NCBI GenBank assembly: GCA_045888315.1
Contig: JBGCVQ010000001.1
Coordinates: 1-56,612, forward strand
Direction of reading: 5' to 3'
Length of the DNA stretch: 56,612 bases
Source of the DNA: Anaerolineales bacterium
Lineage (GTDB): Bacteria; Chloroflexota; Anaerolineae; Anaerolineales; UBA11858
Below are positions 7,767 to 15,586 of this stretch, in pieces. Position 1 is the stretch's first letter, and every line of letters begins with the position of its first letter. A model generated the notes under the pieces. It did no database searches. It was not told the origin of the DNA and worked only from the letters and a program-made list of their open reading frames with translations. The position numbers and the translations under genes are program-made.

Positions 7767-8135
7767 TTAAAATGTCAGGACCGTTTTGCAGTCGTCTGCC
7801 ACAGACCACATATATGCCCCACCAACCATCTTGATCCCATCCAGCATGTCCTCTGCTTTGAGATCGTGCAGTTCCATCGATGCCGTGCAGGCAGTGAATT
7901 CCACTCCTGCTTCCAGAGCGTCATTGAGGAATTTGCTGACGGGCTCCCCCCCTTCCTTGGGGAATACCTTCTCCGCTGCACCTTTCTTGAGCAGCTGGGT
8001 CCCGTCAATGGTGAAGAACATGGTGACTTCATAGTCCATAGCGGCAGCCAGGGTCGCGAAGAAAAAAGGGGTCGCGCAGCGCCGGGGGGTTTCCGGCCCA
8101 CTGGTCATGATGATCAATACCTTATCCTCGTCCAA
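7767..8135 (-). CDS. DsrE/DsrF-family sulfur-relay protein (122 aa)
   Basis: ETPRRCATPFFFA has the DsrE-type active-site Cys context (Cys20). A second Cys lies in FTACTASMELH. The size and alpha/beta pattern fit the DsrE family. Confidence 0.75.
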   Translation of the reverse strand: MDEDKVLIIMTSGPETPRRCATPFFFATLAAAMDYEVTMFFTIDGTQLLKKGAAEKVFPKEGGEPVSKFLNDALEAGVEFTACTASMELHDLKAEDMLDGIKMVGGAYMWSVADDCKTVLTF

Positions 8136-8174
8136 CGTTTCCTCCTCTTGGGTACTTCATTTTCAATTAACTTA

Positions 8175-8651
8175 CTAGAACGAAAGCGCGATGGCGTTGT
8201 CGCTGGCATACTCCAGGAAGGTGGCTGCGCCGCCAATCTCGACCCCATCGATCAGGTCTTCCTTCTTGATACCCATCACGTCCATGCTCATCTGGCAGCC
8301 GATTATCCTCACCCCACCCTCAACAGCTATTTCCAGCAGCTCGCTCAGCTTGGCGACATTGGCTTTTTTCATCCAGGAATTCATCATCATAGTCGCCATG
8401 GGGGTCATCCCAGGCAGCATACCAATGATGTTAGGGATCGGGACAGGCATAGCAGGATTGGCGATCGGGGCCACTTGCAGTTTATCCGCTTTGCCCTTCT
8501 TGATAATCTCCAAGCCGTAGAACGTAAAGAAAATTGCCGCTTCCATACCCAGGCCAAGCGCTCCAGTGGCAATGATCAGCGGTGGGTAGCCCGCGTCCAG
8601 GGTTCCATGAGCAGCAATGATCGCCACCCGATTTGCTTGATTATTTGACAT
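8175..8651 (-). CDS. DsrE/DsrF-like (COG2210-type, DsrE3-like) sulfurtransferase, 158 aa
   Basis: RVAIIAAHGTLD, the Met/Pro-rich insert NPAMPVPIPNIIGMLPGMTPMATMMM, and a conserved Cys in RIIGCQMSMDVMG (Cys119). Confidence 0.7.
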   Translation of the reverse strand: MSNNQANRVAIIAAHGTLDAGYPPLIIATGALGLGMEAAIFFTFYGLEIIKKGKADKLQVAPIANPAMPVPIPNIIGMLPGMTPMATMMMNSWMKKANVAKLSELLEIAVEGGVRIIGCQMSMDVMGIKKEDLIDGVEIGGAATFLEYASDNAIALSF

Positions 8652-8689
8652 TTTTCACCTCATTAACATACATAAATGGAATTTCAAGG

Positions 8690-8923
8690 CTACGCTTTCT
8701 TGATATAGAATGTGTAGGATCCTCCGTCCTCCTCATGACCGAGAAGCTCATGTCCGGTCTTCTTCGAAAAAGCCGTGACATCCGGGACCGAGCCGGGATC
8801 GGTGGAGATCATCTTCAGCACCTGGCCGGATTGCAGCTCGTCCATAGCCTTCTTGGTCTTGATGATTGGCATCGGGCAGGAAAGCCCACTAGCGTCCAGA
8901 ACCTGATCGAATTCGTATGTCAT
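8690..8923 (-). CDS. tusA: TusA/SirA-family sulfur carrier
   Basis: The 77-aa protein has LDASGLSCPMPI (CPxP motif, Cys16). Confidence 0.9.
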   Translation of the reverse strand: MTYEFDQVLDASGLSCPMPIIKTKKAMDELQSGQVLKMISTDPGSVPDVTAFSKKTGHELLGHEEDGGSYTFYIKKA

Positions 8924-8953
8924 GATTGTTCTCCTTTATTCTGTCGATTTCCG

Positions 8954-9703
8954 TTAACTTTTATGGATACTGCTCATCTCTGAGATCACCTTCAGCCGCC
9001 GGAGCATCTCAGCTCTTTCTGTGCTGATATCCCCGAAAGTTTCCGCCACCTCAGCGATCCAGGTGGCAATCTTGGCCTGTTTGCGTTCATCAAGTACCGG
9101 CAGATCGGCTGCGGCTTTCAGCAGTTCAGCGCGGTCAATCCCATATTCCTCAGCCAGGCGGCTAATTTCCCGGTCCCGCTCTTCAGGATCAGGCTGGTTG
9201 AGATAGAACTGGCCGGCAACGATCATCGCGCTGGGCTTGTCTTCCACCATGATAAAACCCCGGGCGTAACGCAGGCCGGCGTGGCAGCTGTGAAAGATGG
9301 GGCGCGTGTCGCGCTCCTGCGCTAATTCCTTCCAGGAATCCAGACAGGCCTGGTGGCCAGCTGGGCTGTCCTGGATCAGTTCGCAGAATCTTGAGCAGTG
9401 GCTCATCTCTGAAAGAGGCTGGCCCTCCATATCCGTGACCACCGCGCCGACTTCCGCAATCTGGGAAAATACATTCTGGATGGATTGGATGCAGTGCAGG
9501 GGAAGGATCTCAGTAGGAGCCGAATCGACCACCTCAGCGTCGTGAGTCAGGGAGAGCAGCTTATCGATCTCTTCCTGCCGGAATCTCCAATGACTGCCAA
9601 CCTTAATGCCTTCTAGCCTGCCGTCTTTAAGCATGCGGTAGATAGTGGTCCTATCCACATTGAGCAGTTTTTGCACTTGTTTGGCGGTGAGTAGCTCTGT
9701 CAT
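8954..9703 (-). CDS. Transcriptional regulator: excisionase/MerR-type HTH plus PocR sensory domain
   Basis: The N-terminus TAKQVQKLLNVDRTTIYRMLKDGRLEGIKVGSHWRF is an HTH. The Cys/His-rich PocR-like core reads HCSRFCELIQ...GHQACLDSW...FHSCHAGL. Confidence 0.75.
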   Translation of the reverse strand: MTELLTAKQVQKLLNVDRTTIYRMLKDGRLEGIKVGSHWRFRQEEIDKLLSLTHDAEVVDSAPTEILPLHCIQSIQNVFSQIAEVGAVVTDMEGQPLSEMSHCSRFCELIQDSPAGHQACLDSWKELAQERDTRPIFHSCHAGLRYARGFIMVEDKPSAMIVAGQFYLNQPDPEERDREISRLAEEYGIDRAELLKAAADLPVLDERKQAKIATWIAEVAETFGDISTERAEMLRRLKVISEMSSIHKS

Positions 9704-9717
9704 AGGACCTCACTATA

Positions 9718-9791
9718 CAATAGTTTGCATGTGTTTGCAATAGTTTATTATAAAATACTAGTGTTTTTTCACCAGAATGTGACATTTGTCA
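9718..9791. promoter_or_regulatory. Candidate promoter/operator region of the regulator-tusA-...-hydrogenase operon
   Basis: A minus-strand TATAAT lies at 9747..9752. The direct repeat CAATAGTTT occurs at 9718..9726 and 9738..9746. The palindrome TGACATTTGTCA lies at 9780..9791. Confidence 0.35.
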
Positions 9792-9964
9792 TGGATATCT
9801 GACCCTATCCACTCCTAATAAGCAGGATCCCAAGGTGCACATGATGTGTACTGGCAATCCGCTTAATTGACAAAAAGAAAGGACCTCGGGGGTCTTTTAG
9901 TTAAAGGTTAAAGGTTATAATTTCTAAAGCAATTCTAAAACTATCCTCAAGGAGATCCCCCACT

Positions 9965-11455
9965 ATGAAAACCCAGCGTTTTGAGGTCCTGAGCCAGTCA
10001 GAACTGGACCAGATCCATGCCGCCTCGATGGAGATTCTAGAGGAAGTAGGCATCAAGGTACCCTGGAAGCCAGCCCGAGATTATTACCGCGAGAAAGGCG
10101 CCAGAGTCGATGACGATGCCCAAGCCGTAAAAATACCCGAATCACTTGTCATGTGGGCCCTGGACCAAGCGCCGTCTGAATTCAAGCTATATGGAAACGA
10201 CCCAGAATTCCAGCTCCAGATCGGTGGTGAACAGTTAAATCCAGTCTTTGCCGGGTTGGGCACTCCGCTCAGTGTGGTCGACCTAGACAGCGGTGAGACC
10301 CGGAAAGCGAGTTTTCAGGATACCCTAGAGCATATCATCCTGGTCAATGCCTGCCAGAACATCCACAACACTCAGATGGATGTCTGGCCAGATGATATTC
10401 CCATGACCACCATCCACACCGAAGCCATTTGGGCCTGGGCCCATAACAGTCGCAAAGCCTATGGGATGGGCTGCTACGGCTACCTTCCTACCTGGGACAT
10501 GATGCGCATGATGGCCTTGGCGGTGGGGGGTAAAAAAGAACTCCGGGAACATCCCCGCTTTTTAGCCATTTGCTCCGTGGTCAGTCCCCTCCAGATGGAC
10601 CAGGCCCAGGCGGAGGGCATGTTCATCTGCGCAGATTACGGCCAACCGCTGGCTATATCCCCGGAAGGCATCGCCGGGGCAACCGCGCCGGTCACCCTGG
10701 CGGGACTGCTAGCCCAGGAGAATGCCAACATCCTGGCGCATATCACCCTGTCCCAGATCTACAAGCCTGGGGCACCGGTGCTCTATGGGACAGTCTCCAC
10801 GGTCGCCAATATGCGGGACGGCTCAGTGGCGCTGGGTGCCCCGGAAACCGGCTTGATCACCGCCGGTTCCGCCCAGCTAGCCCGCCGCTACGGGCTCCCC
10901 ATCCGCAGCGTGGGAGGCACCACGGAATCGAAACGAGCAGATGTCCAGGCTGGTTTTGAGCGCCTGGGCAGTCTGCTCCCAGCAGTCTTGGCGGGGGTCA
11001 ACCTGATCACCTGTGCTGGTACGCTGAGCGGCACCATGTTGGAAGATCATGCCCTGCTCATGCTGGACGATGAGTTTTGCGGTGCTGCACTGCGGATCGC
11101 CCGCGGGATCGAGGTCACTCCAGAGACACTCGCCCTGGACCTGATCAAGCAAACCGGCTATGAAGGGAATTATCTGGCAGCTGATCACACAGTGGAAAAC
11201 TTCAGAGAAGAGCTGTTCATTCCCTCGCTGTTCTCTCGGCAGACCGATGTCGATTGGGAAGAGAGCGGCCGCAAACAAGCCCTTGATCTTGCCAGGGAGA
11301 AGGTCAGGCAGGTGCTGGCAGATCACCAGCCTCGCCAGCTTGACCCTGCCGTTGAAAAAAGTATGGAAGAATTCCGAGCGATGGTCGCCGAACGTGATTT
11401 GAACGATTTTTATAACTACGAACAGCCCGAATACCAGGACTTTGACAACTTATGA
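9965..11455 (+). CDS. MttB-superfamily (trimethylamine methyltransferase family) protein, non-pyrrolysine type
   Basis: The 496-aa protein has an N-terminus typical of the family (FEVLSQSELDQIHAASMEILEEVGIKV). The frame is uninterrupted, with no internal TAG. Confidence 0.8.
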   Translation: MKTQRFEVLSQSELDQIHAASMEILEEVGIKVPWKPARDYYREKGARVDDDAQAVKIPESLVMWALDQAPSEFKLYGNDPEFQLQIGGEQLNPVFAGLGTPLSVVDLDSGETRKASFQDTLEHIILVNACQNIHNTQMDVWPDDIPMTTIHTEAIWAWAHNSRKAYGMGCYGYLPTWDMMRMMALAVGGKKELREHPRFLAICSVVSPLQMDQAQAEGMFICADYGQPLAISPEGIAGATAPVTLAGLLAQENANILAHITLSQIYKPGAPVLYGTVSTVANMRDGSVALGAPETGLITAGSAQLARRYGLPIRSVGGTTESKRADVQAGFERLGSLLPAVLAGVNLITCAGTLSGTMLEDHALLMLDDEFCGAALRIARGIEVTPETLALDLIKQTGYEGNYLAADHTVENFREELFIPSLFSRQTDVDWEESGRKQALDLAREKVRQVLADHQPRQLDPAVEKSMEEFRAMVAERDLNDFYNYEQPEYQDFDNL

Positions 11456-12807
11456 ACAACGACCAGAAACTCTCTCTCCGTACCAAGCTGCTATTCAGCA
11501 CAGGGGACCTGAGCACCAGCATTCCCCTGGCGATCCTGATGTTCTTCCAGCTGTATTTCTTAACCGATATTGCCGGTTTGCGTCCAGACCTGGCCGGGTA
11601 CGCAGTAGGACTGCCCCGCATCTGGGACGCCATTAATGATCCCCTCTTCGGTTTGATCTCCGACCGCATCCGCACCCGCTGGGGCAGGCGTCGGGTCCTG
11701 CTGCTGTTTGGCTCTGTACCCCTGGGATTGAGCTTCATTTTCATGTGGCTGGTCCCAAATCTGGGGCAGATCGGATTGGCTTTCTATTATGCGATCGTTT
11801 TCATTGTCTTCGATACAGCCTTTACTGTGGTCCATGTCGGCTACAACTCCCTGACGCCAGAAATGACCAGCGATTATGACGAGCGCAGTTCCCTGAATGG
11901 TTATCGGATGGTATTCTCGATCAGCGGCACCCTGGGCGCTATTATCTTGGCGACGGTACTGGGCTGGTATATCGCAGACTCCCGGACCTTATTTTCCATC
12001 CTGGGCATCGGATTGGGTCTGATCTCAATCATCCCCCCCCTGATCGTCTTCCGGATCACACATGAAAAACCGGCTGAGGAGCTTCCCGAACCCCTTTCGC
12101 TGGGAACAGCCCTGAAACAAACCCTCACCAATCAACCCTTCCGGATGGTGATGGGACTGTACCTGCTGAGCTGGACCACAGCCAGCATCCTGGCTGCTGT
12201 GCTGGTGTACTATGCAAATTATTATCTAAGGGTGCCAGATCAAGCCAATTATTTCGTGCTGGTGGCGGAAGGAGCTGCCATACTCTTTATCCCGTTCTGG
12301 GTCTGGGTTTCCCGGGTTTTGGATAAACGGAGGGCTTTTATACTTGGTTCACTAAGCTGGATCGTGGTGCTCCTGGGCATTTATCTCCTGCCTGCAAACC
12401 AGGTACTCCTGGCCTATTTACTTGCTGGCCTCTCCGGTTCTGGAATCGCCACCGCCTATGTACTGCCCTGGGCGATGATCCCGGACGTGGTGGAGCACGA
12501 CGAATTACGCTCCGGCCAGCGCCGGGAGGGATCCTATTATGCCTTTGCCTCCTTCTTCCAGAAGTTAGCCACTGGCGCTGCGCTGTGGGGCATGGGGATG
12601 GCCCTATCCCTGACCGGTTACATCACTCCCCCTTCCAGCGGCGCCCTACCCGTGCAGCCAATTCAGGCCGTGGATGCCATTCGCTTCTTTATTGGCCCCG
12701 TGCCCACGGTCCTGCTAATCCTGGCTGTACTGTTCGCCTGGCGGTACCCGATAACTCGCGAGAAACACCAAGAAACACTTCAAGCCCTTGCCGATCGGGA
12801 AATGTAG
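11452..12807 (+). CDS. GPH-family (MelB-like, MFS superfamily) cation symporter
   Basis: About 12 TM segments. WDAINDPLFGLISDRIRTRWGRRR is the GPH signature. The start overlaps the mttB stop (ATGA). Confidence 0.8.
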   Translation: MNNDQKLSLRTKLLFSTGDLSTSIPLAILMFFQLYFLTDIAGLRPDLAGYAVGLPRIWDAINDPLFGLISDRIRTRWGRRRVLLLFGSVPLGLSFIFMWLVPNLGQIGLAFYYAIVFIVFDTAFTVVHVGYNSLTPEMTSDYDERSSLNGYRMVFSISGTLGAIILATVLGWYIADSRTLFSILGIGLGLISIIPPLIVFRITHEKPAEELPEPLSLGTALKQTLTNQPFRMVMGLYLLSWTTASILAAVLVYYANYYLRVPDQANYFVLVAEGAAILFIPFWVWVSRVLDKRRAFILGSLSWIVVLLGIYLLPANQVLLAYLLAGLSGSGIATAYVLPWAMIPDVVEHDELRSGQRREGSYYAFASFFQKLATGAALWGMGMALSLTGYITPPSSGALPVQPIQAVDAIRFFIGPVPTVLLILAVLFAWRYPITREKHQETLQALADREM

Positions 12808-12852
12808 CGATTCAGGATTCAATCTCTCACCCATCAGATAGCAGGAGGGGAT

Positions 12853-14118
12853 ATGGATGATTTCAAAGCCTTTGAGACCCTGGCGATCCATGCCGGCGAA
12901 GCAGCCGATCCAGAAACCGGTGCCTTGAGAACACCGATCCACATGACGACCACTTTTCAGCTGCCAAAATTCGGCACTAAACTCTTCGATGCCCTGTTCA
13001 TGGAGAGGCCGGACAGCCCCTATGTCTACACGCGCTGGAGCAATCCTACCCTGCGCTCTCTTGAAGTACGCCTGGCAGCTTTAGAGGAAGCCGAGGAATG
13101 TGCTGTCTTTGCCAGCGGCGTGGGTGCCATTTCTGCCTTGGTGCTCACCCTGCTGAGCGCGGGTGATCATCTGGTCAGCAGTGATGTCTGCTATGCCGGA
13201 GCCTTGGAATTATTTACCCTTCATCTACCCCGCTTCGGGATAGAGGTCAGTCTGGTTGACAGCAGCGATCCAGAACAGGTCCAGGCTGCCCTGAAAGAAA
13301 ACACAAAATTAATTTACATTGAGACGCCTGCCAATCCTATCTTGAAACTGACCGATATCAAGGCGATCAGCCAGATCGCTCGCGATGCAAATATCCCCCT
13401 GGCAGTTGATTCCACTTTCGCCAGCCCGGTCCTCCAGAAACCCCTTAATCTGGGAGCCGATTACGTGGTCCACAGCCTGACAAAATACATCAACGGCCAC
13501 GGGGATGCGCTGGGCGGAATGATCGCCGGCTCAACCGACAAGATCCACCACATCCGCAAGGAGATGCTAGTGCATCTGGGTAGTGCGATGAGTCCCTTCA
13601 ACGCCTGGCTGATCAACCGGGGGATCAACACCCTGGCTTTACGGGTCAGACAGCAGTCAGCCAGCGCTATGAAGGTCGCCCAATTCCTTGAAAAACATCC
13701 GGCAGTGAAACGCGTAATCTACCCGGGTCTGGAAAGCCACCCCCAACATGAACTTGCCAGAGAGCAGATGGATGGATTCGGGGGGATGCTCAGCTTCCAG
13801 CTGAAAGCCGGACTGGAGGGAGCGATCAACTTGGCAGAGAATGTCAGGCTGTTCCAGTACGCAACATCCCTGGGCCATGCTCACAGCCTACTTTTCTACT
13901 ACCCTAGTGATCTATACGTAGATGCGGTTTCGTATTACAGCGAGAAGCAGAAAACACAGATCCGGGAATGGACTGGGGAGGGAGTTTTTCGCACCAGCAT
14001 CGGGTTAGAGGATCCAGACGACCTGATTAAAGATCTGGACCAAGCGCTGAAAGCAAAATCCATCAAAGGGAAAATTGCTCCCATGGTATATGAGCTTCTC
14101 AAGAAATACACGGGATAA
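12853..14118 (+). CDS. PLP-dependent Cys/Met-metabolism enzyme (methionine gamma-lyase / O-acylhomoserine sulfhydrylase-like)
   Basis: The N-terminus FETLAIHAGE and the PLP lysine motif HSLTKYINGHGD fit the family, as does the length. Confidence 0.8.
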   Translation: MDDFKAFETLAIHAGEAADPETGALRTPIHMTTTFQLPKFGTKLFDALFMERPDSPYVYTRWSNPTLRSLEVRLAALEEAEECAVFASGVGAISALVLTLLSAGDHLVSSDVCYAGALELFTLHLPRFGIEVSLVDSSDPEQVQAALKENTKLIYIETPANPILKLTDIKAISQIARDANIPLAVDSTFASPVLQKPLNLGADYVVHSLTKYINGHGDALGGMIAGSTDKIHHIRKEMLVHLGSAMSPFNAWLINRGINTLALRVRQQSASAMKVAQFLEKHPAVKRVIYPGLESHPQHELAREQMDGFGGMLSFQLKAGLEGAINLAENVRLFQYATSLGHAHSLLFYYPSDLYVDAVSYYSEKQKTQIREWTGEGVFRTSIGLEDPDDLIKDLDQALKAKSIKGKIAPMVYELLKKYTG

Positions 14119-14122
14119 AAAA

Positions 14123-14153
14123 GACCTCCGAGGTCTTCCCGACCTCGGAGGTC
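14123..14153. repeat. REP-like palindromic element, also a likely bidirectional terminator
   Basis: GACCTCCGAGGTC-TTCCC-GACCTCGGAGGTC forms a 13-bp stem between convergent genes. The A6 run on its 5' side gives a U tract for the minus-strand gene. Confidence 0.7.
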
Positions 14154-14159
14154 AGTTAT

Positions 14160-14486
14160 TCACTGCAGGATCTGCAGCATCTGCTTGCGATAGCGCTGGA
14201 AAGCTTGCCGTCCAGCTTCGGTCAGCGAGATCATCGTTTGGGGGCGGTTATCCTTATAGCCCTTTTCGACCTCGATGTATCCCGCCTCCTGGAGCTTGCT
14301 GATATGGGCGGACAAGTTTCCCATGGTCAAGCCCAACCGGCTGACCAGGAAAGTGAAATCAGCGCTTTCCAAGAGGGACAGGAAGGCCAGCACCTTCAAC
14401 CGGGCCGGTTCATGGACCAGGCGGTCTATCTCCTGATCCAGAGTGAGTTTTTCCTCAGGATTCCCAGCCATATCACGCCTCCCCAC
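14160..14486 (-). CDS. Winged-helix transcriptional regulator (ArsR/MarR-like)
   Basis: HEPARLKVLAFL ... LGLTMGNLSAHISKLQEAGYIEVEK is a wHTH pattern. Confidence 0.7.
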   Translation of the reverse strand: MGRRDMAGNPEEKLTLDQEIDRLVHEPARLKVLAFLSLLESADFTFLVSRLGLTMGNLSAHISKLQEAGYIEVEKGYKDNRPQTMISLTEAGRQAFQRYRKQMLQILQ

Positions 14487-15078
14487 GAACGATGGGATAC
14501 TTTCCCAGGAAGCGGATCAGCACAGCGAGCCCAGCTGCCAGGATCAACCCACCGGCGCTGATCACAGCCACCAGGAAGGGATCGAAGGCGGTCACACTCT
14601 GGCTGAGCAGGTTCCCCCCGGCCATGGCCAGGAAGACCAGACCTCCATAGTAGTAGAACCTGGCTGTATCCAGCACCAACCCCAGCGAACTGATGCCCAG
14701 GGCGACCACCAACCCGAAGAGACTCAGCGAGTAGCGGGCAAACAGCGAGCCGCCTCCTCCTGCTCCGGCTGCGAGGAAAAGGGTAAAAACCCCTGCCCCT
14801 AAGAGGATCAGCGTGATGAAAAAGCTCTTAAAGCGATCCTTCATCTCCCGTCCGGGCTTGATGGAGCCCACCCGGGGTATGACCAGGCTGCCTTTTCCGA
14901 GATACCACACCGACAGGGCCAGCAGGCCCAGCAGACTTACCAGCGCGGGAAAGTCCAGCAGCAGCAGAAGGCCAAAGCCCAGGATGACCAGGCCAACTGC
15001 GATATCCACCAGACCGTCCTCGGCATAATACAGGAATACCTGGCGCCGGATATCCTTGAGGTCCAAACTTTCTTTCAT
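14473..15078 (-). CDS. Hypothetical polytopic membrane protein co-transcribed with the wHTH regulator
   Basis: About six hydrophobic helices. Its 3' end overlaps the regulator start by 14 nt. Confidence 0.6.
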   Translation of the reverse strand: MKESLDLKDIRRQVFLYYAEDGLVDIAVGLVILGFGLLLLLDFPALVSLLGLLALSVWYLGKGSLVIPRVGSIKPGREMKDRFKSFFITLILLGAGVFTLFLAAGAGGGGSLFARYSLSLFGLVVALGISSLGLVLDTARFYYYGGLVFLAMAGGNLLSQSVTAFDPFLVAVISAGGLILAAGLAVLIRFLGKYPIVRGEA

Positions 15079-15338
15079 GATTAACTCCTTTTGTTCTGCC
15101 CAGAACGTGTATTTGCGCTATAATTTTATTTGTAGCACAAAGTTATTTATGACATTTTACACCAAAGGCAGGGTTTGTCAAGAGGGGAATCCCCCAAAAT
15201 ACAGCTTTCAAATTAGGTATCGCCACAAGTAGACGCCCAGAACCAGACGCTGCAAATGGTCCCTTCCCAGGTGCAACTTATCTTTCAAAAATAGGGTATA
15301 TTGTTTTATAATATTCCAAATCAGGGAATGTGAACCTT

Positions 15339-15554
15339 ATGGGAAATCCAGCCAAGACCATCTTACTGATCATTCTGCTGCTGATCATCATCCTTGTCTT
15401 TTTCGCGCTGACCGGAATCAACCTCCGGAAACCGGAACAGGCCGCCTACACCCTGGTGGATAAAGTCCTCGAGCTCAACCGGGCCATCAACGCGGCCATG
15501 CGCCAATTCTTCTACTCCATTCGCCTGAAGCTCAAGGATACCTTCTCCCGCTGA
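15339..15554 (+). CDS. Small hypothetical membrane protein
   Basis: One strongly hydrophobic helix (TILLIILLLIIILVFFALTG). The start is uncertain and the coding evidence is weak. Confidence 0.3.
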   Translation: MGNPAKTILLIILLLIIILVFFALTGINLRKPEQAAYTLVDKVLELNRAINAAMRQFFYSIRLKLKDTFSR

Positions 15555-15586
15555 GAGCTGCTTCATTTTACACGACACGCCGAACA

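Noticed and set aside
9867-9921. TTGACA (9867..9872) plus TATAAT (9916..9921) as the mttB promoter.
   Set aside because: The hexamers are 43 nt apart, far from the 16-19 nt sigma70 spacing. They cannot form a single promoter.
9965-11455. A pyrrolysine-encoding (in-frame TAG) MttB.
   Set aside because: The 496-aa frame is uninterrupted. No pylTSBCD genes or tRNA are visible. It is therefore a non-Pyl family member.
12568-12574. A B12-box-like GCCACTG hinting at a cobalamin riboswitch.
   Set aside because: It lies inside the GPH transporter coding sequence with no surrounding riboswitch architecture, so it is a chance match.
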